Counted from the first letter of the stretch, positions 39,111-48,788 are shown. The stretch is 64,000 nucleotides of DNA from Parcubacteria group bacterium GW2011_GWC1_36_108 (GCA_000991245.1 LBRD01000005.1:10944-74943); one strand, 5' to 3'. The notes: generated by a model from the sequence alone, not told the origin. A program made the numbers and translations.

Positions 39111-41513
39111 CTATCTCCGCATTTTGACATCCAAATCCTTTTCCAGCTTATTTGTAATGGCCAACATAACATCATCAATTTCTTTTCCAGTCAATGTCCG
39201 GTCCTGTGCTCCCAAGATTATATGGAAAGCAAAGCTTGAAGTGTCATCTGCAAAATCAATAGCATCAAAAAGATCAACATCCAAAACAAGATCCTTGCCA
39301 GCTGATTGAATAACCATCAAAATTTCATCAATGCGCACATCTTTTTGTGCAAGCAAGGAAATATCCCTAGTCACAATTGGATGCTTTCGAATTGGCGTGT
39401 ACTCTCGCTCATCATCAGAAATTTGTGAAAGTTTATCCATATCAAATTCAAACATTACAACCCTAGTGTCGATATCAAAACCTTCCAAGACAAATGGATT
39501 TATTTCCCCAACATATCCAAAAGATTTTTCACTGCCTTGAATTTTTATTTCGCCAGCACGACTTTGATGCCACAATGAAAGCGGTGTTTCAATTGGAACT
39601 CCCCCGAACGTGTCGTAATAATGGTCAATAATTCCAAGTTGCGCCAAAATATGATCAACTGCAGCCTTGGCCTCAAAAAATCCCGACTCATGTCGCTTAT
39701 CCATTTTTTCTTCCTTAGCGTTTTTTTTCTTTAGCACCATTGCACCTACTAACATTCTTTTTTCTTCAGGCAAAACTTCCCCGTTTGACCAATATACTTT
39801 TCCGATTTCGAAAATATTAAACTCATTAAAATTTTTCAGATTTTCTTTAACATTTTTAAGTATGTTTGGAATCAAGCTGACGCGAAGCTGTGATTGCTCC
39901 GGACTCATTGGCATTTCCAATTCCAAATGTTTTACCTCACCAAGCTGAGCAAACTCAGCATCTTTGGCAGAATAAAAAGAATAATTATACACTTCAGAAA
40001 AACCTTGCCCAGTCAAAATATTTTTTAAAGCACGCTCAAAAATCCTGCTTTCATTTTGCTTGGCAGCTGTTACAGCAACTGATGGAGCAATATTTTCAAC
40101 CTTATCATATCCATAGATTCTTCCGATTTCTTCAATTAAATCTTCCTGACTTTTAAGATCAATTCTAAAAGTTGGAATTTCAGCCAAAAGAATGTCCTTC
40201 TCAATTTTCGCTTTCACGCCCAAAGATGTCAGAATTTTTTCACTCATTTTTGGAGGAACAGCAACACCCAACAATCTATCAACGTAAGCAAGGCTAAGCT
40301 CAACTGTCCATGGTTTTATTTTTTCTTGATATTCATCAATCATACCCTCAAAAGTTGCACCTGCAGTGTGCTCCAAAATTTCAATTACACGTACCATGGC
40401 TTTTTCAGCCAAATTTGGATCGAGCTCTTTTTCAAATCGTGAAGATGCATCAGTAAAAAGTCCCAAACGAGATCTGGTTTTTCGAATTGAAAGAGGTTTG
40501 AAATTTGCAGCCTCAAGAATGATATTGGTTGAATGCTGCGAAATTCCAGAATCTTTTCCACCCATAATTCCAGCCAAGGCCAAAGCTCCATTTTTACCAG
40601 CAATAACAATGTCATCATTGGTCAATTTAATCTTGCTGTCATCGAGCAAAACAATTTCTTCATCTTTTTTCCCAGTTCTAACAACAATTTCATTGCCAAT
40701 CACATCGCCATCAAAAGCATGCAGCGGTTGTCCCAATTCCAACATAACGTAATTAGTGGCATCAACCACATTATTAATTGCGCTTAGTCCACAAGCTTCC
40801 AAGCGCGCTCTCATCCAGTCTGGAGAAGCTTTCACTTGAATACCACTAAGAACTGCGCCGATATATCTTTTGCAAAGATCTTTATTTTCAATTTCAACTT
40901 TCAAGTTCTTAGCTTTCTTGCTTTCCAAAACCAACCCGTCATAGTCATAATCCATTTCTCCACCCTCCAATGCCAAAACTTCTCTGGCCATCGCAACATG
41001 ACTCACGGCATCATGCGCGCGATCTGGCAAAACTTTAATATCCAAAACTTCATCAATATTATTAAAAACTTCTCGCAATTGTGTTCCAATTTCAATGTTT
41101 TTATCCAAAAGTAATATTCCGGCATGGCTAATTCCCAGTCCAAGTTCATCTTCAGCACAAAGCATCCCGTGAGATTTTTCTCCTCTAATTTCACTTTCTT
41201 TGATTTCAAAATTTCCAGGCAAAATACTACCAACAGTTGCTACGGGAACTTTATCTCCTACTGAGATATTATTAGCACCGCAAACAATATCTAAAACTTC
41301 CTTACCAATGTTAACCTTGGTTAGTTGCAACTTGTCCGCATTGGGGTGTTTTGATATTTCCAAAATTTCCCCAACCACCACTCCAGCAAAATCTGATCCA
41401 ACTTTTTCAACCGATTCAACTTCAAAAGAATGCAGCGTGATAAGATTAGCAATTTCAGCAGCAGTTTTTTTTGTATCAGAAAGCTCTTTGAGCCAATTAT
41501 AACTATATTTCAT
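39111..41513 (-). CDS. pheT: phenylalanine--tRNA ligase beta subunit
   Basis: HPNADKL, INNVVDATNYVMLELGQPLHAFD, DLIEEIGRIYGY, C-terminal FDX-ACB domain. Confidence 0.98.
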   Translation of the reverse strand: MKYSYNWLKELSDTKKTAAEIANLITLHSFEVESVEKVGSDFAGVVVGEILEISKHPNADKLQLTKVNIGKEVLDIVCGANNISVGDKVPVATVGSILPGNFEIKESEIRGEKSHGMLCAEDELGLGISHAGILLLDKNIEIGTQLREVFNNIDEVLDIKVLPDRAHDAVSHVAMAREVLALEGGEMDYDYDGLVLESKKAKNLKVEIENKDLCKRYIGAVLSGIQVKASPDWMRARLEACGLSAINNVVDATNYVMLELGQPLHAFDGDVIGNEIVVRTGKKDEEIVLLDDSKIKLTNDDIVIAGKNGALALAGIMGGKDSGISQHSTNIILEAANFKPLSIRKTRSRLGLFTDASSRFEKELDPNLAEKAMVRVIEILEHTAGATFEGMIDEYQEKIKPWTVELSLAYVDRLLGVAVPPKMSEKILTSLGVKAKIEKDILLAEIPTFRIDLKSQEDLIEEIGRIYGYDKVENIAPSVAVTAAKQNESRIFERALKNILTGQGFSEVYNYSFYSAKDAEFAQLGEVKHLELEMPMSPEQSQLRVSLIPNILKNVKENLKNFNEFNIFEIGKVYWSNGEVLPEEKRMLVGAMVLKKKNAKEEKMDKRHESGFFEAKAAVDHILAQLGIIDHYYDTFGGVPIETPLSLWHQSRAGEIKIQGSEKSFGYVGEINPFVLEGFDIDTRVVMFEFDMDKLSQISDDEREYTPIRKHPIVTRDISLLAQKDVRIDEILMVIQSAGKDLVLDVDLFDAIDFADDTSSFAFHIILGAQDRTLTGKEIDDVMLAITNKLEKDLDVKMRR

Positions 41514-41519
41514 AAAAAT

Positions 41520-41599
41520 AGCTTCTCAGCCTTTAGCTTCTTAGCTTCTTAGAAAATTCAGGACACCTGAAAAGCTAAAAAGCTAACGCCTAAAAAGCT
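41520..41599. repeat. family C hairpin without an ORF, between pheS and pheT
   Basis: AGCTTCTCAGCCTTTAGCTTCTTAGCTTCTTAG..AAAAGCTAAAAAGCTAACGCCTAAAAAGCT. Confidence 0.85.
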
Positions 41600-41600
41600 G

Positions 41601-42632
41601 TTAAAATTGTTTAATAAATCTTAAATCTCCAGAGTGAAAAAGTCTAACATCGTCTATTTTATATTTCATCATCGCCAATCGTTCCAAGCCAAATCCCCAG
41701 GCAAATCCCTGATATTTATTTCTTGGATAGCCCACAGCTTCAAAAACATTTTGGTTCACAATTCCAGCTCCACCAAGCTCCAGCCAGCCAGCCCATTTGC
41801 ATGATGAACAACCTTTGCCACCACACACCAAGCAATTAATATCAAATTCAAAACTTGGTTCTGTAAATGGAAAATAACTTGGACGAAGTCTAATCTCAAC
41901 ATCAGCCTTGAAGAATTTTGAGAAAAACTGTTCAGCCACAAATTTCAAATTTCCCACCGTGATGTCTTCGCCAACCATTAAGGCTTCGAATTGATGAAAA
42001 GTGTGATCATGAGTTGTGTCAGTTGATTCGCGACGAAAAACTCGCCCCGGAGCAATAATACGAAATGGTGGCGTGTGCTTTTCCATAAAGCGAATCTGCA
42101 CATCAGAAGTTTGCGTGCGCATCACGACTTTTTCATCTTTGCCTTCATCTTTTAGCCAGAAGGTATCTTGCATATCGCGAGCTGGATGATCCTTAGGGAT
42201 ATTAAGAGCATCAAAATTATAAAATTCTGTTTCCACTTCTGGCCCATCTGCAATTTCAAATCCCATTGAATTAAAAATATCTTCTATTTCATATTGAATT
42301 TTGCTCAGCGGATGAAGATGACCTCGCTGCAATTTTTTAGCCGGCATCGTCACATCAATTTTTTCCGCCGCAAAATCAAAACTTTTTTCCTTAAGTTCTT
42401 TTTCTTTTTCAGCAAGAACGCTTTCAACTTCAATTTTTGTTGCATTTGCAATTTGTCCCACTGTTTTTCGCTCCTGCTCAGTCAAGTCCTTAAGACTCTT
42501 GAGAATGTTTGTAAATTCACTTTTTCTTCCCAAAAATTTAATTCTCAAGTCATTAAGTTGGGCCAAGGATTCTACGGCGAGAATTTCAGCCAAAGCATCT
42601 TCTTTAATTTTGTTTATTTTTTCTTCGAGCAT
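41601..42632 (-). CDS. pheS: phenylalanine--tRNA ligase alpha subunit
   Basis: HPARDMQDTF, FPFTEPS, GFAWGFGLERLAM. Confidence 0.98.
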   Translation of the reverse strand: MLEEKINKIKEDALAEILAVESLAQLNDLRIKFLGRKSEFTNILKSLKDLTEQERKTVGQIANATKIEVESVLAEKEKELKEKSFDFAAEKIDVTMPAKKLQRGHLHPLSKIQYEIEDIFNSMGFEIADGPEVETEFYNFDALNIPKDHPARDMQDTFWLKDEGKDEKVVMRTQTSDVQIRFMEKHTPPFRIIAPGRVFRRESTDTTHDHTFHQFEALMVGEDITVGNLKFVAEQFFSKFFKADVEIRLRPSYFPFTEPSFEFDINCLVCGGKGCSSCKWAGWLELGGAGIVNQNVFEAVGYPRNKYQGFAWGFGLERLAMMKYKIDDVRLFHSGDLRFIKQF

Positions 42633-42633
42633 A

Positions 42634-43836
42634 TTATTTCTTGAAAATTATTTTTACAAAGCCCAGTTTTCCTATTTTCAAAACCTTGCCATCAAATTCT
42701 TTCGTGACCAGTATTTGTGGATCAAGCAATTTTTCATCATCAACTGACACACCGCCTTGCTCAATTTTGCGACGAGCATCTCCCATACTAGAAGCATTTT
42801 CTGATTTCACAACAAGTTCTGACAATTTCATTTCTTCAGAAACTTCAAACTCGGCAATTTCAGTTGGGATTTCTTTTTTGGAAAATGTGTTAATAAAATA
42901 TTCTCTTGCACTTCTTGCTAATTCTTCTCCGTGATATATTGCTGTGATTTCTCCAGCCAACCTAAGTTTTGCATCGCGAGGATTCAATATTTCCTCCTTC
43001 ATCTCTTTTTCAATTTGAGCAACATCTTCCATTGGAATGCGAGTGCAATGAACAAAATATTTTCCGATAAGTTCATCTCCCATACTCATCACTTTGCCAA
43101 ACATTGAATTGGCATCGTCAGTCAGGTTAATAGTATTTCCCCACGAAGAACTCATCTTGCGTCCGTCAAGACCCTCAATCAAATCAGTCATCATAACATC
43201 TTGAGGTTTTTGCTTGTATTTTTTTTGCATCTCGCGACCAGCCAAAAGATTGAAACGTTGATCAGTTCCACCGAGTTCTAAATCGGCTTTTAATACCACA
43301 CTGTCATAACCTTGCATCAAAGGATACAAGAGCTCGCGGAGCGATATGCGTGTCCCCTTTTCTAATCTTTTTTTAATATTATCCCGCGCAATAAATTCAG
43401 CTAAAGAAAAAATATCAGCTTGCTCAGAAATTTCATTGTATGTTAGTTTTCCGAGCCAATCAGAATTTTTAACAACTTCAACTTTACTCATATCCAAAAT
43501 TTTTCCAGCTTGCTCGAAATATGTTTCCATATTTTTTTCAACAACCTCACGCTCAAGCATTGGCCTCTCACTTTCCTTGTCAGAAGTGTCCCCAATCACA
43601 CCAGTAAAGTCGCCAATCAAAAAAACAATTTGATGTCCCAGCTCTTGCAAATCTCTGAGCTTCAAAAGAGGCACAGCTCGACCCAAGTGAATATTTGGAC
43701 TAGTAGGATCAGTGCCGAATTTAATACGCAATTTCTCATCACTAAGAAGCCTCTTTTTAAGATTTTCACAATCAATAACTTCATTAACTCCACGAGTCAA
43801 AATTTCTTCAATTACTTTTTCTTGTTGTTTTTCCAT
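42634..43836 (-). CDS. tyrS: tyrosine--tRNA ligase
   Basis: GTDPTSPNIHLG, YPLMQGYD, GGTDQ, KMSSS, C-terminal S4 domain. Confidence 0.98.
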   Translation of the reverse strand: MEKQQEKVIEEILTRGVNEVIDCENLKKRLLSDEKLRIKFGTDPTSPNIHLGRAVPLLKLRDLQELGHQIVFLIGDFTGVIGDTSDKESERPMLEREVVEKNMETYFEQAGKILDMSKVEVVKNSDWLGKLTYNEISEQADIFSLAEFIARDNIKKRLEKGTRISLRELLYPLMQGYDSVVLKADLELGGTDQRFNLLAGREMQKKYKQKPQDVMMTDLIEGLDGRKMSSSWGNTINLTDDANSMFGKVMSMGDELIGKYFVHCTRIPMEDVAQIEKEMKEEILNPRDAKLRLAGEITAIYHGEELARSAREYFINTFSKKEIPTEIAEFEVSEEMKLSELVVKSENASSMGDARRKIEQGGVSVDDEKLLDPQILVTKEFDGKVLKIGKLGFVKIIFKK

Positions 43837-43988
43837 TTACCCTGTTAAATAAGATTTGGGCTTTTTAAAAAAGAAAACCCACCTATTAAAGTTAATTTTT
43901 TAATTTTATTCACAACATTATTTAATTCAAGAACCCAAATCTTAATTTTAAATTTTTTAAGGAAATTTAAAATTATTTAACAGGGTGA
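43837..43988. repeat. palindromic element family B, long copy
   Basis: TTACCCTGTTAAATAAGATTTGGG...CCCAAATCTTA...TATTTAACAGGGT, abutting the tyrS ATG. Confidence 0.88.
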
Positions 43989-44091
43989 ATAATCTTAAAT
44001 TTTCATTACTAATATAGATTTATAATACCAATTTACACAACTTTTTGCAACACCCAGCCTTGGCTTCACAAAAGGTCAAATCGACAAGGGG

Positions 44092-44171
44092 TTGACTAAC
44101 TTATCAAAAAGATGTATAATTATATATTGTGGGAAAATTGTTTCCCACAGCAAATTATAGAACCTTTACAA
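44092..44171 (+). promoter_or_regulatory. sigma70 promoter, leader hairpin and boxA-like motif
   Basis: TTGACT (44092), 17 bp, TATAAT (44115); hairpin TGTGGGAAA-ATTG-TTTCCCACA; GAACCTTTACAA at 44160-44171. Confidence 0.8.
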
Positions 44172-44196
44172 TTTTATATACCAAGGAGGATTCAAA

Positions 44197-45003
44197 GTGG
44201 AAAATTATTCACAATTAGACATTAGCGTATTCGAACCGTTAGAAAGAAAGTGGTTATGCATCAACCCATGGTGGCGCCGTACGATACGATTGTTTATTTC
44301 AATGATTTTATCTTTTCTTGTTTTCACTGTACCCATGCTATTTTTTATTGAGATAAAACAACATGCATTGCTTTTTTTAACACAATTTATATTGGGAACA
44401 ATTGCATTCTACATCGTTTCAATTCTACTAACAGCAGTTGCAAGAAATCGCAGAACCCTCGCAACATTGTACATAAAACTGAAGGATTTTTCCCTTCGAG
44501 ATTCCTTGACGGGGTTATACAATGACAGAAAGTTCATGACTGAAAAACTGGAATGCATGTCAACGTATGCGAAAGCAAACAATGAATCTGTAGCGATTTT
44601 TTTTGCTGATCTCGATGACCTCAAAGAAATAAACGACAATTACTCGCATCTAGCGGGTGACAGTGCTATCGTAGCAACAGCAAAACGCATGGGCAATGCA
44701 TTTAGGGATAATGATTTCTTGTTTCGCTTCGGAGGAGATGAATTTTTTGCTATAACATTATTAAAAAACACCCCCGAAAACGAGGCGGAGGAAGAAGTAG
44801 CAAAAATTACTCAGAGAATAACGGATTCTGTAAGTACAAAACCAGTGCGTTATGGTGAAGACAAGATACTGTTATCAATTTCCATTGGCGCACACATCCT
44901 AAATCCCGAAAACACAATTGGGAGAGAACTTTTAATTGTAGACAAAAAAATGTACGCAATCAAAAAAGATAGGAAGCTAGGAGGAAAAGCAACAAGAAAG
45001 TAA
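44197..45003 (+). CDS. membrane-bound diguanylate cyclase (GGDEF)
   Basis: Two TM helices, DSLTGLYN, DLDDLKEINDNYSHLAGD, RDND I-site, RFGGDEF; SD AAGGAGG. Confidence 0.93.
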   Translation: MENYSQLDISVFEPLERKWLCINPWWRRTIRLFISMILSFLVFTVPMLFFIEIKQHALLFLTQFILGTIAFYIVSILLTAVARNRRTLATLYIKLKDFSLRDSLTGLYNDRKFMTEKLECMSTYAKANNESVAIFFADLDDLKEINDNYSHLAGDSAIVATAKRMGNAFRDNDFLFRFGGDEFFAITLLKNTPENEAEEEVAKITQRITDSVSTKPVRYGEDKILLSISIGAHILNPENTIGRELLIVDKKMYAIKKDRKLGGKATRK

Positions 45004-45010
45004 ACCATAC

Positions 45011-45047
45011 AAGCCGGCATAGTGCTAAATCACTATGCCGGCTTTTT
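45011..45047. terminator. terminator between convergent genes
   Basis: AAGCCGGCATAGTG-CTAAAT-CACTATGCCGGCTTTTT. Confidence 0.85.
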
Positions 45048-45067
45048 AATTTGTGTAAAAAATATCT

Positions 45068-45340
45068 CTATAAAAGTCCTAGTCTTTTCTTGGCTTCAAA
45101 TATTTGATGATCATTCATTTGACCAGACTTTTTCATTTGCTCAAGAGTTTTGAGAATGTCAGCTTTGTTTTTTTGAATATTATCCGGAGTCATTACCTTT
45201 TTCATTAAGGCTTCCCTTTCACTTGGACTCATTTTTTCCAATTTTTTCATCGCCATCCTTTGCATAAATCCCATATTTTCAGGATCCATAGGATTAGCAT
45301 TTTTATCTTTTTTCTTTTTGAAAGCATCTAAAATACCCAT
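45068..45340 (-). CDS. Met/Lys-rich hypothetical protein
   Basis: 90-aa ORF downstream of secF. Confidence 0.7.
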   Translation of the reverse strand: MGILDAFKKKKDKNANPMDPENMGFMQRMAMKKLEKMSPSEREALMKKVMTPDNIQKNKADILKTLEQMKKSGQMNDHQIFEAKKRLGLL

Positions 45341-45372
45341 ATTGTTACAAATTTTTAATTTTTAATAAAAAC

Positions 45373-45400
45373 CTGGATTCCCGCCTCCGCGGGAATGACA
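45373..45400. repeat. dRS3-like REP (ATTCCC-N8-GGGAAT)
   Basis: CTGGATTCCC-GCCTCCGC-GGGAATGACA. Confidence 0.8.
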
Positions 45401-45407
45401 AGATGAA

Positions 45408-46310
45408 TTACTTCTTGTATTTAAGTGTTAATTCATAACTTGTTACCAACAGCGCGGTTGCGATAAAAACTGAAGAATACGTTCCGAAAGTAACTCCAAC
45501 CAAAAGCGCCAGTGCAAAAAACTTGATTGATGCTCCACCAAACAAATATATCGCCAACAAAGTTATGATCACAGTAAGAGAAGTGTTGATTGAACGCACA
45601 AGTGTTTCATTTAAACTTTGATTGACCACTTCTGGAAATGGAACTTTCTGTGAACTTTTAAGCAAATTTTCTCGCGTTCGGTCATATACCACGATGGTGT
45701 CGTGAACAGAAAAACCAAGAATTGTAAGCAGCGCTGCAATAAAAGGAATACCGATTTCAACTCCATAAAAATGTCCGAGCACTGAGAAAACTCCCATTGT
45801 AATCAAGATGTCATGAGAAAGTGCAATTACTGCACCTGCACCATATTTCCAAGATTCAACTGGACGAGACACTTTGCGAAAAGCCCAAGCAATATATGCC
45901 ATAATGGCCATAATTGCCAATAACAGGGCGTTTACTGATTTTGATTTTAATTCGCCAGAAACTGAAGAGTTGAAAAAATCAACACTGGATTGAGTAGCAC
46001 CGGAATATTTCTCACTAATTTTTCCCCAAACATCACTGTTTGTTTTGTCATCTTCAGAAGCATAGCGGATTACCATTGAATTATTTTCTAATCCCTGCAA
46101 GGCTAAACTTTTTAACTCCAAATCCTTAAGTGTTTCCGTAACATCCTCCTTGGAAGGAACTTGCTCGGCAAATTTAACCACCATTCGGGTTCCACCAGTA
46201 AAATCAATGTCATATTTCAACCCCCAAACTGCCAAGCTTAAAATACACAGGACAGTTAGAATGCCAGAGAAGATATAGGCGTATTTGGTTTTTCCAATAA
46301 TATTAAACAT
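45408..46310 (-). CDS. secF: protein translocase subunit SecF
   Basis: IDFTGG, HDILIT, GFSVHDTIVVYDRTRE, RSINTS. Confidence 0.97.
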   Translation of the reverse strand: MFNIIGKTKYAYIFSGILTVLCILSLAVWGLKYDIDFTGGTRMVVKFAEQVPSKEDVTETLKDLELKSLALQGLENNSMVIRYASEDDKTNSDVWGKISEKYSGATQSSVDFFNSSVSGELKSKSVNALLLAIMAIMAYIAWAFRKVSRPVESWKYGAGAVIALSHDILITMGVFSVLGHFYGVEIGIPFIAALLTILGFSVHDTIVVYDRTRENLLKSSQKVPFPEVVNQSLNETLVRSINTSLTVIITLLAIYLFGGASIKFFALALLVGVTFGTYSSVFIATALLVTSYELTLKYKK

Positions 46311-46312
46311 GA

Positions 46313-46423
46313 GATAAAATTTTTATAATTTTTTAATTTTGTAATTTTTAAATAATGTTTTAATTTCTTAATTTTTAAAAATTATAAAATTTGTATTTAT
46401 TTATAAAATTAAAAATTAAAAAT
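46313..46423. repeat. AT-rich inverted oligomer repeats between secD and secF
   Basis: (TAATTTT)n left arm and (AAAATT)n right arm. Confidence 0.55.
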
Positions 46424-48097
46424 TTAATCCAATATATCAGATTTTTTTACTCCTACCATCCACATTCTATTATGGATCCAGTCACTAATGATAACTTTAA
46501 GCATTGTTCTGGTAATTATCACAGCAGTAAACATTGAAACCACAACTCCAATAAAAAGTGCGGCTGCAAAACCTTTCACAAAACCCGTACCCATAAGATA
46601 CAAAATTCCAGCGGTCAGCAAGGATGAAATGTTGCCGTCGCGAATTGATGTCCAAGCACGTTTGAATCCTTCTTCAAGTGAATTCGCAATCGTTCTTCCA
46701 CCACGTATTTCTTCTTTGGTTCTTTCAAAAATCAAAATATTAGCATCGACCGCCATACCAATTGAAAGCACGAATCCTGCAATACCGGAAAGTGTCAGGG
46801 TAATTCCTGTCATTTTGAAAATAGTTATCATCACTGCAGTATAAATAAGCAAAGCTAATGATGCGACAAGTCCTAGGAAGCGATAGAAGATAAGCATAAA
46901 AACAACAACTGCTCCGAGGCCTATTGCTCCAGCAATCAAAATACTTCTAAGCGAATCTGCTCCAAGAGTTGCTTCAACGCTTTGTTGACCAACCAATGTC
47001 AAAGGAACTGGCAGCGCACCTTGATTTAATCTGTCAGAAATATCCTTGGCTTCTTTGAATGTGTAATTTCCTGTAATCACCGCTTGCCCGTTTGTGATTT
47101 CAACTTGAACGGTTGGTGCTATCTGCAATTGTCCATCCAAGAAAATTGCGATTTCTTTTCCTAGATTTTTTTTGGTTAGTTCTGCGAAAAGCTTTGTGCC
47201 TTCTTCGTCAAATTGAAGAGAAACTTCCGGTTCTCCAAGACCTTGCCCGTTTGAATATTGCGCTGTTGCACTTTTTAAGTTTTTTCCGGTAAGCGCCGTT
47301 GTTTGATATTTGAACTGTTCATATTGAGAAGGATCTTTTTTTGCAAAAAGAATGTGCGCACCATGAACTTCCAAATTTTCTCCTTCCCCACGAGATTCAA
47401 TAAATTTAATAATGTGCCAACCATATTGAGATTCCACCAAATCAGGATAAATTTCTCCTGATTTCAAATTGCTTTCGAATAGAATCTTATCAAATTCTGG
47501 CACAAAAGCACCTTTTTTCACGAAATCCAAATCTCCGCCCTTATCCTTGGAGCCGGGATCTTCACTATTATCCTTGGCAAGCTGAGCAAAATCTCCACCA
47601 TTTTTGACTTCATCGAAAATTTTCTGTGCTTTTTCTTTTGCCTGCGTGTTCATCTGATCAAACATTTGTTGAACTTGCGGATCGACAGGACCTTCTTCTT
47701 TAAATTCCAATAACGGAGCGTCTTTAATTTTAGCCTTAGCTTCTTCAATATCTTTAATACCGGGAAGTTCAACAATGATACGATTTTCTCCACTGCTCTT
47801 GGCAATTTGCACCAATGGCTCCCCCACACCAAAAGCATTCACGCGTCTTTCAATGACAGTCTGCGCGCCCTCCATTGCTTCTGCCACTTTTGATGGATCA
47901 ATATTCGAAACATCCGCTTTATATTCCAAATGAAATCCTCCTTGCAAATCAAGTCCCAATTTCAATTTAAACTTATTCAGTGCGTCATAAAGTGGCGTTA
48001 TTTTTGAAACTGCCTGTGGATATGCAACAAGACCAGCAACCACTGCCAAAACGATTACCCCAGCAAATTTCAATTGTAATTTTTTCTTTATATTCAT
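46424..48097 (-). CDS. secD: protein translocase subunit SecD with an inserted parvulin (PpiC) domain
   Basis: LGLDLQGG, RIIVELPG, GMAVDANILIFER; insert FAQLAKDNSEDPGS..GGDL..YGWHIIK..HGAHIL. Confidence 0.96.
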   Translation of the reverse strand: MNIKKKLQLKFAGVIVLAVVAGLVAYPQAVSKITPLYDALNKFKLKLGLDLQGGFHLEYKADVSNIDPSKVAEAMEGAQTVIERRVNAFGVGEPLVQIAKSSGENRIIVELPGIKDIEEAKAKIKDAPLLEFKEEGPVDPQVQQMFDQMNTQAKEKAQKIFDEVKNGGDFAQLAKDNSEDPGSKDKGGDLDFVKKGAFVPEFDKILFESNLKSGEIYPDLVESQYGWHIIKFIESRGEGENLEVHGAHILFAKKDPSQYEQFKYQTTALTGKNLKSATAQYSNGQGLGEPEVSLQFDEEGTKLFAELTKKNLGKEIAIFLDGQLQIAPTVQVEITNGQAVITGNYTFKEAKDISDRLNQGALPVPLTLVGQQSVEATLGADSLRSILIAGAIGLGAVVVFMLIFYRFLGLVASLALLIYTAVMITIFKMTGITLTLSGIAGFVLSIGMAVDANILIFERTKEEIRGGRTIANSLEEGFKRAWTSIRDGNISSLLTAGILYLMGTGFVKGFAAALFIGVVVSMFTAVIITRTMLKVIISDWIHNRMWMVGVKKSDILD

Positions 48098-48139
48098 AAA
48101 TTTAATTTTATATCATTTTTTTCAAATAGGCAATATTTT

Positions 48140-48174
48140 AAAAAATGCCCACCAGTCTAATGACTAGCGGGCAT
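48140..48174 (-). terminator. terminator of the orphan gene at 48193-48666
   Basis: Minus strand ATGCCCGCTAGTC-ATTA-GACTGGTGGGCATTTTTT. Confidence 0.8.
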
Positions 48175-48192
48175 AAATGGCTTGGGAGTAAA

Positions 48193-48666
48193 CTACGCAG
48201 ACAACTGCTCTGACAACTGCCTTATGTTGTACAGCCTAACTTCGGATGGAAAGTTGATAAATTTAATCCTGTGACGTAATTGCAACTCATCAACATACCA
48301 TTTTTCCAGCATTATGCCGAGAGCTTCGCCCATCTCAGAAAAACTCATCTTGGAGATATTGTAATGCAGAGCATCGCAATATGCAAGATGGCACGAAACA
48401 ACTTTTCGAACTCTCTCGATTTCAGTTATCTCATCTCCAACCTTCTTGAAAAACTTACGCCTGAATAAATTCCTGCGAATCCATTCCAGCAAATAAGAAC
48501 ACGGGACCTTCCAGGGTAAAGGAACATTATTCAACTCCTGACACACCTTAAGCAATGTTGTCTCCTCTTTTGCCATTCGATCTAAAGCTTCTTTACTCTC
48601 ATTAATAAGAAGTTTAAATAGATCTTCAAGTTGATTTTTACGCACTTGCACTTCATTTTGCAGCAT
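48193..48666 (-). CDS. hypothetical protein (orphan)
   Basis: SD AAAAGGGAGG; promoter TTGCCA (48771), 17 bp, TAGTAT (48748); boxA-like GTACATTTACAG (48729-48718). Confidence 0.72.
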   Translation of the reverse strand: MLQNEVQVRKNQLEDLFKLLINESKEALDRMAKEETTLLKVCQELNNVPLPWKVPCSYLLEWIRRNLFRRKFFKKVGDEITEIERVRKVVSCHLAYCDALHYNISKMSFSEMGEALGIMLEKWYVDELQLRHRIKFINFPSEVRLYNIRQLSEQLSA

Positions 48667-48788
48667 AAATCCTCCCTTTTGTAATTCAATTTTTTAAATT
48701 ACGCTATATTTTTTCTTCTGTAAATGTACTTTTAATGATTAAATACTAATTCAATTGAGGATTTATGGCAAGTTATGCTGAGTTTTGT

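Noticed and set aside
4117-48771. Integron interpretation of the orphan units
   Set aside because: The units are dispersed, have their own promoters, lack attC-type RYYYAAC/GTTRRRY ends, and no integrase is present.
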